Shown one piece after another: positions 6,767 through 14,427 of a stretch of DNA of 18,070 nucleotides; positions within the stretch are counted from its first letter, which is position 1, and each line of letters opens with the position of its first letter. The stretch is from Promethearchaeota archaeon (GTDB taxonomy: Archaea > Asgardarchaeota > Lokiarchaeia > Sigyniarchaeales > SOKP01), in the NCBI GenBank assembly GCA_016839745.1, contig JAEOTS010000183.1:1-18070 (forward strand). The letters are read 5' to 3'. A program made the position numbers and the translations under genes. The notes beneath the pieces are model-generated. The model did not search any database and was not told where the DNA came from. It saw only the letters and a program-made list of their open reading frames with translations.

Positions 6767-9118
6767 GTGAGCAAAGTAGATCTTAAAAATTTTGTTCAAA
6801 ATGGGGATTTATTTAAGAGGAACGTAATAGGAGCTAGATTCAATCGAGGAAAGAGTATTCCAAACAAAAACATAATTAATTTCAATGTCGTAAAGAGCCC
6901 CAAAATTAAAGTTTTAGCTAACATCCAAGGGTCTGGTAACTCAAAATACGTAGTAAACATCTTTCAAGACGATCAACGCGTAAATATCGTTCACGACTGC
7001 CCTGATTTTAAAAAAAATACTAAGTTCTGTAAACATATAGTAAAAGTTTTACTATTGCTTGAACCTGATGTGTGCAAAAAAGTATGTCAGGATATAAGAA
7101 CGATAAATTTCTCCTCGAATTTTACTCTAGTCCAGCGAAGTAAAACTGAAAATTTCATAATTAAAGCAGAGGAGTTAATTAAAGAATCCAAATATTATGA
7201 AGCAATAAATTTTTTAGATCAAGCCCACAGAGAATCTAATAACATTGATTACATTAAAAAGATCGCCGATATTTCTCTTAAATACAAGTTATACGACCAA
7301 TTCATAAAATATGCGGTAAAATTTGGGGATATAAGAGATTTTATCACCGATTATCCTAATTTTATAAGCTTAACGTTTAAAGGCATAAGAGAATACGAGT
7401 TACACAGAAAAGTCGATACAATCCTCAACTTACAGAGTCTTTTACTCAATTTCCCTAAGGATCTCGTCATTGAGACTATTAAAAAGATGGATGTAACTGC
7501 CGTAGAAAATCCAATATTTAGATATCTATTCCTTCATAAGTTTGCATCTGGAGTATATCTAGAGGATTTTTTTAAAGACCTCCCCATAAGTTCAAAGTTA
7601 GATTTAAAAGAACAAATCGCAGAAATAACTTTAGAAAGCGTTAACGAAGCAATTTTGAACATGGAATCAGAAGATAACATGGATAGTTATTTAGCAATTG
7701 CAAGAAATTGCAATTTCAAAAATAACGGCGCAAATTATTCTCAGATCGGTGTCTACAAGGAAAAGTTGAAAGATCTATACTTAGAGGGGCTTAAGCAAAA
7801 ACATGCGTTTCTTCGGTCTTTAGTAATAGCGAACACACAATCCGATAAACTCAAACAATTGAAATTTAATTATAGATATAACTACCCAACGCTAATTTGG
7901 GCATCTACTTCCCGGTCAGAAATCCCGTTGTATTATTACATTTTAGAAAAGTGTGGTATCGAAAAACACCACTTAGAATATCTTGAACAAAGCTATTTTG
8001 TCGAAAATTATCCCGTATTTAGCAAGATTTTCGATGGAAATAATCCCGTTAGAAATCTAGTAATGAAATTCTGGGGAAGTGATAATCCAACAATTAAAAA
8101 CACGGCATATACTAACAGAGTTGTAGATTTAGATTTTAAAGTAAATCTGAAGGAACTTGAAGCCTTTACTTTAATTGAGTGGGATTTAGCCCAAAAACCC
8201 ATGTTAGGAAGTCACATATGTCAATTCTCTGATGGATTTTTGATACCTGATAACAATCACCCTTTAAGTCACGAAATCAAACCGTTTGATTTAATTTTAT
8301 GTAAAACAACACCAATCGCAATTAAAGCGGGCAATATTAAAATTATAAGACCACTAAGAAGAATCAACATAAAAACAGCAATAGAACTCGTATGGGAAGG
8401 AATTGATTTCGTCTCAACTTATATCCCTTTTGAGATTATAACCGAATTAAAAGAGTACAAAATTGACGAGTTAGAAGCTTACGATAAAATCGATGAGCGG
8501 TTTAAAACTAGTTTTTTACCGAAAAAAGAAAGCGTTCGACAATTTTTTAGCGATTTCATTCAACGGAAAATTTTAAAAGAACTAAATAAAACTTACTTAA
8601 AGATAATACAGAAACCAAATTATAAAAGTAAGGTGTTGAGAATAATAGGATTCGAGCGTCATTCAAAAATTTTTACAAGTTCATCTTGTCTAAACGGGTT
8701 TAAAAGCGATTCTTTAAAAAGACAATCCTTACAGGAATTAAAGTTGGATTTTAAAAAATTCGTATCACTAAGACTAAGCCAATTAATTAAAATCGATGAC
8801 TTGGGGTCAATTGACATAAAAGCGCTGAAAGAATTCCCAACCTTTAAAAAATGGACTGTCAAAGTAATTTACATGTTGAAACAACAACTTTTAAACTGTA
8901 AAATCTACAAAGTTAACGATACATCGTACAATATTCACGAGCTTTCTAACAATTACTATGGAAAGATGTTACTAAACCACACTGAAAAAGTCTTAAATTC
9001 TCAGATACTGTCAAGAGCACCGGGTAAGTTTATTGTTACCAATAAATGTTTCGAGGAATTGTTAGAAAACTTTAAGCTGCTAAAACTTGATCCGCCAGAA
9101 GTAGTCAAAAGCAAATAG
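6767..9118 (+). CDS. SWIM zinc-finger domain protein with TPR-like/helical extension
   Basis: IQGSGNSKYVVNI...HDCPDF.....FCKHIVKVLL (6992-7036) is a SWIM pattern with His as first ligand, followed by a TPR-like helix pair KAEELIKESKYYEAINFLDQA. Lies 24 nt downstream of the VWA gene. Confidence 0.8.
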   Translation: MSKVDLKNFVQNGDLFKRNVIGARFNRGKSIPNKNIINFNVVKSPKIKVLANIQGSGNSKYVVNIFQDDQRVNIVHDCPDFKKNTKFCKHIVKVLLLLEPDVCKKVCQDIRTINFSSNFTLVQRSKTENFIIKAEELIKESKYYEAINFLDQAHRESNNIDYIKKIADISLKYKLYDQFIKYAVKFGDIRDFITDYPNFISLTFKGIREYELHRKVDTILNLQSLLLNFPKDLVIETIKKMDVTAVENPIFRYLFLHKFASGVYLEDFFKDLPISSKLDLKEQIAEITLESVNEAILNMESEDNMDSYLAIARNCNFKNNGANYSQIGVYKEKLKDLYLEGLKQKHAFLRSLVIANTQSDKLKQLKFNYRYNYPTLIWASTSRSEIPLYYYILEKCGIEKHHLEYLEQSYFVENYPVFSKIFDGNNPVRNLVMKFWGSDNPTIKNTAYTNRVVDLDFKVNLKELEAFTLIEWDLAQKPMLGSHICQFSDGFLIPDNNHPLSHEIKPFDLILCKTTPIAIKAGNIKIIRPLRRINIKTAIELVWEGIDFVSTYIPFEIITELKEYKIDELEAYDKIDERFKTSFLPKKESVRQFFSDFIQRKILKELNKTYLKIIQKPNYKSKVLRIIGFERHSKIFTSSSCLNGFKSDSLKRQSLQELKLDFKKFVSLRLSQLIKIDDLGSIDIKALKEFPTFKKWTVKVIYMLKQQLLNCKIYKVNDTSYNIHELSNNYYGKMLLNHTEKVLNSQILSRAPGKFIVTNKCFEELLENFKLLKLDPPEVVKSK

Positions 9119-9123
9119 CTCTT

Positions 9124-9885
9124 TTAGAAATAAATTTTCAACCAATTAATGGTTTCTCTAATAAACTCCTGTAAGTGTTCTTCTTCAAAATCGTGAGTTG
9201 CTCCTTGAACTTCAATAAATTTATGGTTGTCATCTTGGGGCATCAAACTAAAAGCTTTCTTATTTAATTCAAAAGGAACTTGTTCGTCCGCAGTGCCTTG
9301 GACTATAAGAGTTGGATCAATACATTTCTTCAAAGCTGGTCTAATTCGAAAATTAGCAACATCCATTACAAAACTCATATCAATAATAATAGGATCGTAA
9401 TCTCCGGACGATGGAATTTCTACAGGTCCCTTATCTATATCCTTAAACCAATCAACTTGGTCTGATGTTGAGTGAAGTAATAAAGGGGGAGCCCACAAGA
9501 CATAAGTAATAATTCCCGGTAGATTTGCTTTCATTGTAGTAAGACCGCCAAAAGAGAGCCCCAATACAGCAATTTTTGAATATCCTTGAGTTGTAACCCA
9601 ATTATATACATTTTCTAGATCGTTGGCCTGTTTAGTTAAATTTATCGGTTCCCTTTTATTTTCTCCAGAACCAGAAAAATCAAAGGTTAACGCATCGTAA
9701 CCTTCTTTATTTAATGCCTTTGCAGTTTCAGGAAAGCGACCCCACTCGGATTTATCGCCTGTGAATCCATGACACATAATTAGAATAGGTGGTTTTTCTA
9801 AAGAGTCTTCTTCTTTGGCAAAATAGAATACACCATGGAGATCGCTCCGTTCAGCATTAGGAATTAAAACTTTTTTCTCTGTCAT
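9124..9885 (-). CDS. Alpha/beta-fold serine hydrolase (esterase/peptidase S9/S33-like)
   Basis: HGFTG oxyanion motif, FDFSGSGE, nucleophile elbow GLSFG, acid GTADEQV, His GATHDF. ATG at 9885 (MTEKK) is preferred over TTG at 9909. Confidence 0.9.
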   Translation of the reverse strand: MTEKKVLIPNAERSDLHGVFYFAKEEDSLEKPPILIMCHGFTGDKSEWGRFPETAKALNKEGYDALTFDFSGSGENKREPINLTKQANDLENVYNWVTTQGYSKIAVLGLSFGGLTTMKANLPGIITYVLWAPPLLLHSTSDQVDWFKDIDKGPVEIPSSGDYDPIIIDMSFVMDVANFRIRPALKKCIDPTLIVQGTADEQVPFELNKKAFSLMPQDDNHKFIEVQGATHDFEEEHLQEFIRETINWLKIYF

Positions 9886-9959
9886 AAGACAATTTAAAGG
9901 TAAAAACAATTTAAAATTTTTTTAAATATACTTATTTTCATTTTAATCTTACAGTATTT
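9886..9959. promoter_or_regulatory. Compact divergent promoter region between two hydrolase genes
   Basis: 74-nt gap with TTTAAATA (9921-9928, + strand) and TTTTAAAT on the - strand around 9909-9916, each roughly 25-30 nt from its ATG. No SD visible, consistent with leaderless mRNAs. Confidence 0.4.
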
Positions 9960-10799
9960 ATGGCAGAGGAATTTGTTGAAATTAACAATATTAGAATTTG
10001 TTATCAAGTCCATGGAGATGGATACCCAGTTGTTTTATTACATGGATTCGCAATGTATAAGGAATTCTGGAAGTGGCAAGTTAAGGAACTTTCTAAGGAA
10101 TTTAAAATAATTACGCTCGACATTCGTGGTTGCGGCAAAACGGAGCATCCTATTAAACCATATTCTATGGATGATATAGCTGATGACATTAAAGCATTAA
10201 TTGATTACTTAAATCTTGATAAAATTCATCTAGCCGGTCATTCGTTTGGTGGAATGATAGCGCAGCATTTTGCGTTAAAATACCCTAATCGCCTAAACAA
10301 ATTGATTCTAATGAGTACTTTTGCTAATCTACCCTTGAGTAAGTCAGGATTAGAAATGTATAAAAGAAGTCAACTCTCATTTTATGAAGCAAAAGTAAAG
10401 GATCCATCTAAAGCATTTTGGGATAAAATGAAACAACGGTTTAGTCGTAATTTCTTTAAAGAGATGAACCAAAATCCAGGCAAGTTATTTCATAATATGT
10501 TCTCTGCAAATGAATTAATGAACCTTGAAGAAACAGAAGGTACTTCGAAACCTCAAGATATTCTCAATCTAATTAACGCGATAACACACCATGATACTAC
10601 AAATCGTCTTCACGAAATAAAATCTGAAACTTTAATTTTAGCAGCTGCGAAAGATAGAATTGTACCCAAACTCGCAAGTGAATTTCTTGATGAGAAGATA
10701 CCCAATAGCAAATTATTCGTCTTTAATAGTAGTCATTTTTTTATGTTAGAAGAAGCTCCTCACTTTAATTTGGAAGTTCTTAATTTTTTAAGACATTAG
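9960..10799 (+). CDS. Alpha/beta hydrolase (Abhydrolase_1; enol-lactone hydrolase/lipase-like)
   Basis: G.GYPVVLLHGF, DIRGCGKT, GHSFGG nucleophile, AAKDRIVP acid, SSHFF His. Confidence 0.92.
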   Translation: MAEEFVEINNIRICYQVHGDGYPVVLLHGFAMYKEFWKWQVKELSKEFKIITLDIRGCGKTEHPIKPYSMDDIADDIKALIDYLNLDKIHLAGHSFGGMIAQHFALKYPNRLNKLILMSTFANLPLSKSGLEMYKRSQLSFYEAKVKDPSKAFWDKMKQRFSRNFFKEMNQNPGKLFHNMFSANELMNLEETEGTSKPQDILNLINAITHHDTTNRLHEIKSETLILAAAKDRIVPKLASEFLDEKIPNSKLFVFNSSHFFMLEEAPHFNLEVLNFLRH

Positions 10800-10815
10800 T
10801 TTTTGGGTTTTTTTT
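10800..10815 (+). terminator. Oligo-T terminator
   Basis: TTTTTGGGTTTTTTTT directly after the stop codon. Confidence 0.45.
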
Positions 10816-10879
10816 CAAATGGAAAAACCTTAATATTGATTAAAACTTGTTTTGATTAATATTTAATTAGGAGATATTT

Positions 10880-11716
10880 ATGGTAGAATCTTTTGCAGAA
10901 GTTAATGGTATAAAACTAAGTTATGAAATTTTTGGAGATGGTTATCCTGTTGTGTTAGTCCATGGATTTGGAGACACAAAAGAAGGGTGGAGAGCTCAGA
11001 CTCCCGAATTATCAAAAAGCTTCAAAGTTATAAGATTTGATAATCGTGGAGCAGGTAATTCTAGTAGGCCTGAAGGTAGTTATGAACTAGATGATTTCGT
11101 TGAAGATATTAAAGGTTTAATGGATTACTTAAAGATTGATAAAGCACATATAATCGGTTGGAGTTTAGGTGGAATGCTAGTACAAAATTTCGTATTGAAG
11201 TATCCTGAGAGAGCAAATAAAGTTATTTTAATCAATACTAATGCCGGTACACCTGATGAATCTGGTCCAGAAGCTTATAAAAACATGCGTCTTGAAAAAG
11301 AAAAGCTTAAGAAAGAAGATCCTGCTAAAGCTTTCTGGTCAACTGCGAGAACAGGATTTTATATTAAATTTCGAAAGCAGATGGAAGCAGAACCTTCTAA
11401 AAAATGGTATGGGCTATGGTCAACTGAAGAGCTTATTGAAGAAAGTTCCAAAAATATCGCTACAGAACAAGAAATTGAATTACAAGGTAATGTATTGAAA
11501 GTTCATAATACAAAAAATAGATTAGAAAATTTTGCAAATCCCGTGCTCTTATTGTCAGCATCTCACGATAGAATAACACCAAGGTCTTCTATGGAGGAAA
11601 TGCACGAACTATTACCTAACAGCAAGTTTTATGTTGTAGATAAAGCAGGACATAACAGTCCACTAGAAAAAACTCCAGAAGTAAACCGGGAAATTATAAA
11701 CTTTTTAAAAGATTAA
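10880..11716 (+). CDS. Alpha/beta hydrolase (Abhydrolase_1), tandem paralog of 9960..10799
   Basis: GDGYPVVLVHGF, DNRGAGNS, GWSLGG, SHDRITP, AGHNS; SD AGGAGA at 10869-10874. Confidence 0.92.
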   Translation: MVESFAEVNGIKLSYEIFGDGYPVVLVHGFGDTKEGWRAQTPELSKSFKVIRFDNRGAGNSSRPEGSYELDDFVEDIKGLMDYLKIDKAHIIGWSLGGMLVQNFVLKYPERANKVILINTNAGTPDESGPEAYKNMRLEKEKLKKEDPAKAFWSTARTGFYIKFRKQMEAEPSKKWYGLWSTEELIEESSKNIATEQEIELQGNVLKVHNTKNRLENFANPVLLLSASHDRITPRSSMEEMHELLPNSKFYVVDKAGHNSPLEKTPEVNREIINFLKD

Positions 11717-11720
11717 TTAG

Positions 11721-11735
11721 TTTTCTTTTTTTCTT
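11721..11735 (+). terminator. Oligo-T terminator in the convergent gap
   Basis: TTTTCTTTTTTTCTT just after the stop codon of the second hydrolase. Confidence 0.4.
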
Positions 11736-12966
11736 ATTTATCCTTCGGATGATTTGTTAAATTTCCAATAGGAACATATTTCTTCTTATCAATTTTTTGA
11801 AAAGACATAACCATTGCTGGTAGTGCTATCAATGCTACAATTATGCCTAACCAGTATGGTGGAAGTGTTGAGATAATAAGCGCCCCAGCTAAAGGTCCGA
11901 TGATTTGAGCTATGCTGTCTAATCCAGAAGAAAGTCCATTTATTTTACCTTGAATTTTTGGCGAAGCTGTTTGACTGATTTTGCTGTTCATAGGACCTCG
12001 AGTTAAGGAGGCAGCAAAACTAACAAACATGAATATAATCATAATCACAACGACATTTGAAGAAAAACCAATTAGAAAAAAACTAACAAAGAAAATTACC
12101 AAACCTAGTCGTATTGCGTTAGACTCCCCTAGTTTCTTTATAGTTGGTTTAAACAACGTGAACCTTACTCCTGCTCTAAAAATTCCAGATATCATAAACA
12201 CAAAAGAGACATCAAGAACACTAAGTTTGAGAACATTTACGGCAAAAAATGATAGTGAAGTCATAATAATAGTGAACGAAATAGTGTGAAACGCCCAAAG
12301 TACTAGCATGAAAAGAGCATTTTTATTCTCTTTAACTTTAAGCGTAATTTCAGTTTTAATCTTATGGTAGTGAAGTCTCTTTTCTTTAGGCCACGTTTCT
12401 TCCAACATAGACAAAGTTACAACAATCGTTATTACAGTTAATCCTGCTGCGAACAAACCAGGTCCTAAAATACCATCAAATAATGTAAAGAAAAATCCCC
12501 CAATTGCAGGTCCGAACAGACCAGCTAAAACATGTGCGATACCAACATTAGCCATCTGAATACCTCGATCTTTTGGTGGAACTTTATCACTTATGATTGC
12601 TTTAGCAATTGGAAAATTTCCTCCAAACATCCCATCAATCATACGTGCTATAATTAACATCCATAATGTGTTTGAAAAAGCTGTTAATACAAAAGCAAAA
12701 AGCGTTCCAAATTGAGAAATTAGTAGTAGCGGTTTCCTTCCATACTTATCGCTGAGTTTTGATAAAATGGGGCCAAATACAAAACCGAACATCGCATTTA
12801 CAGAAAATATCAACCCAATTACAATATCAGTAGTTCCGAAGATTCCCTTAAAAAATCCTATCAGCGGAAAAAGAATCGTGTAACCTAGAACATCGATAAA
12901 AATGGCAATCCATAATGGTGCCAACATTCGATATTTGAACAATTTTTTGTTGTTGTTTTCAGCCAT
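11734..12966 (-). CDS. MFS transporter, DHA1/TetA-like drug:H+ antiporter family
   Basis: About 12 TM helices; IFIDVLGYTILFP (TM1 Asp), motif A SKLSDKYGRKP, ARMIDGMFGG, AIISD, motif C GLFGPAIGG, QIIGPLAG. Confidence 0.92.
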   Translation of the reverse strand: MAENNNKKLFKYRMLAPLWIAIFIDVLGYTILFPLIGFFKGIFGTTDIVIGLIFSVNAMFGFVFGPILSKLSDKYGRKPLLLISQFGTLFAFVLTAFSNTLWMLIIARMIDGMFGGNFPIAKAIISDKVPPKDRGIQMANVGIAHVLAGLFGPAIGGFFFTLFDGILGPGLFAAGLTVITIVVTLSMLEETWPKEKRLHYHKIKTEITLKVKENKNALFMLVLWAFHTISFTIIMTSLSFFAVNVLKLSVLDVSFVFMISGIFRAGVRFTLFKPTIKKLGESNAIRLGLVIFFVSFFLIGFSSNVVVIMIIFMFVSFAASLTRGPMNSKISQTASPKIQGKINGLSSGLDSIAQIIGPLAGALIISTLPPYWLGIIVALIALPAMVMSFQKIDKKKYVPIGNLTNHPKDK

Positions 12967-13266
12967 AAATCAAAATCACATTTTAATTTTCCGGAAGAAT
13001 AAGAGAAAATAATAGTATTATTCCCAAAACTTAACGAATAAAATAGGTAATACCTATTAAACTATACTAAAAAACATTAAGAGCATTCCTTCCTCAGTCA
13101 CATATCTTCTATTCCAATAATTTTATATGGAGATACTGGGTGATTTATTTAGAGAAAAATATATTAAAATTTTATTGATCAAACCTACTATAAGATTGTA
13201 ATTACATAATTCAATAGAGTTATCTTATTTTTAAATTAAAAAAATGAATCGTAATTAATGATAAGA

Positions 13267-14394
13267 ATGGCTGAAACTTACGAGAATTTTATGATCTTTG
13301 GATTAGAAAGTACCGGTGAAAAAGTAAAATTAGACATATCAGAAGACGAATTTCGCGCCAATAACGGTCAAAACGTACTAGATTCTCACCAAGTATTAGT
13401 GATTGTTAAGGAAGATTTAAGGAGAATTTACATTTGGAAAGGCGTAAATTCACATGTTAGAAAAAAGTTTATAGCGTCTCGCATTGCTGCGGAATTACAA
13501 AACGATTTAGTTGTTAACGGACATTTTCATCGATGTAAGATTATATCCGTAGATCAAGGAGACGAACCTCTCGAATTTATGAGAGCTTTTGGGTTGAAAG
13601 CAACCGAAGCTCCGGATTTCTTAGAAAGGGATTCTAAAGAATTTAAAGAATTACATGTAACCTCTCTTAAGGAAATTGCAGAAATTAGTGATAAAAAAGT
13701 TCACGGATGGAAAGGACCACCTCCAACGCTTAATGGCAAGTTTGAATCTCCTGTAAGTGTTAAAAAAGAGGATAAGGAAATTTCACCTAAATCTAAACAA
13801 CCAACAAAACCTCCTAAGATTCACAATAAACATTTGATTGAAAAAATTGTGAATAATAAAGTTCCCGCCAATTTTAAAAGGCAAAATTTAATTCTAGGCA
13901 ATTTTCAAATATACGGAGCAGCAGTCAAAAAAGCAAAAGTTTTCGGAGAAGAAGTAGAAGAAACTGAATGGGAACCCGTGAACTCAATACCTGAAGGACC
14001 AATTGAACTTACCAATCGAACAATAAGACTTTATACCAATAGCAATTCAGGGACAATTGAAGGAATAGAAATACTCCAGAAACTAAAAATTCCCATAATC
14101 GAAGAAAAAGTAAGCGAAGAGAAGGAAGAAATAGATTACAATTCTTGGACAGTAAGCAAATTAAAACTCCATTGCAAAGAGAACAATATTCACGTTCCAT
14201 CAAACTATCGGAAAGCACAAATTATTAACCTCATTCTGAATGGACCTCCTCGAGAAAGCGCTGAACAATGGATTGATTATAACAAGTGGACGGTCAAACA
14301 ACTAAAAGAATATTGTAAAGAAAACAAAATTAAAGTACACTCAACCTATCGAAAAGCAGACTTCTTAAAACTCGTAAAAGAACATAAAAAATAA
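13267..14394 (+). CDS. Asgard-type gelsolin-domain protein with a central unknown domain and two C-terminal SAP/HeH/Rho-N-like repeats
   Basis: N-terminal gelsolin pattern LDSHQVLVIV....RIYIWKG.NS.VRKKFIASRIAAEL...IISVDQGDEP.EF..AF; C-terminal repeats DYN.WTV..LK..CKEN.I.V.S.YRKA....L. The alternative start is ATG 13258. Confidence 0.8.
   Translation: MAETYENFMIFGLESTGEKVKLDISEDEFRANNGQNVLDSHQVLVIVKEDLRRIYIWKGVNSHVRKKFIASRIAAELQNDLVVNGHFHRCKIISVDQGDEPLEFMRAFGLKATEAPDFLERDSKEFKELHVTSLKEIAEISDKKVHGWKGPPPTLNGKFESPVSVKKEDKEISPKSKQPTKPPKIHNKHLIEKIVNNKVPANFKRQNLILGNFQIYGAAVKKAKVFGEEVEETEWEPVNSIPEGPIELTNRTIRLYTNSNSGTIEGIEILQKLKIPIIEEKVSEEKEEIDYNSWTVSKLKLHCKENNIHVPSNYRKAQIINLILNGPPRESAEQWIDYNKWTVKQLKEYCKENKIKVHSTYRKADFLKLVKEHKK
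14131..14376 (+). repeat. Intragenic tandem duplication of a ~35-aa helix-extension-helix module (copies start at 14131 and 14272, period 141 nt)
   Basis: IDYNSWTVSKLKLHCKENNIHVPSNYRKAQIINLI vs IDYNKWTVKQLKEYCKENKIKVHSTYRKADFLKLV; similarity is also visible at DNA level (TGGAC-GT, AAAGA-AACAA-ATT, CTATCG-AAAGCA). Confidence 0.9.
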
Positions 14395-14427
14395 AAAAGA
14401 GAAATATAATTTTAATTTTTTTAAATA
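14395..14427. terminator. Probable bidirectional terminator between convergent genes
   Basis: An A-run directly after stop 14394 (a T-run on the - strand) and T-runs on the + strand at about 14410-14422. Confidence 0.4.

Noticed and set aside
3138-8862. Minus-strand ORFs 3138..3419, 4411..4719, 6481..6669, 8008..8202 and 8659..8862
   Set aside because: Fully antisense to long motif-bearing genes. Their Ser/Phe/Leu-rich composition is what the reverse complement of Glu/Lys/Asp codons produces, and they carry no motifs.
11734-12966. Calling the MFS gene tetA (tetracycline resistance)
   Set aside because: Only family-level motifs are present. There is no adjacent TetR or mobile context, so the substrate cannot be inferred.
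12967-13266. 300-nt divergent intergenic region as a possible RNA gene
   Set aside because: AT-rich, with no tRNA cloverleaf or convincing GC-rich stems. Most simply two promoters.
9280-14218. Short ORFs 9280..9465, 10004..10189, 11241..11498, 11981..12289 and 14009..14218
   Set aside because: Shadow or alternate-frame ORFs inside well-supported genes, with no independent evidence.
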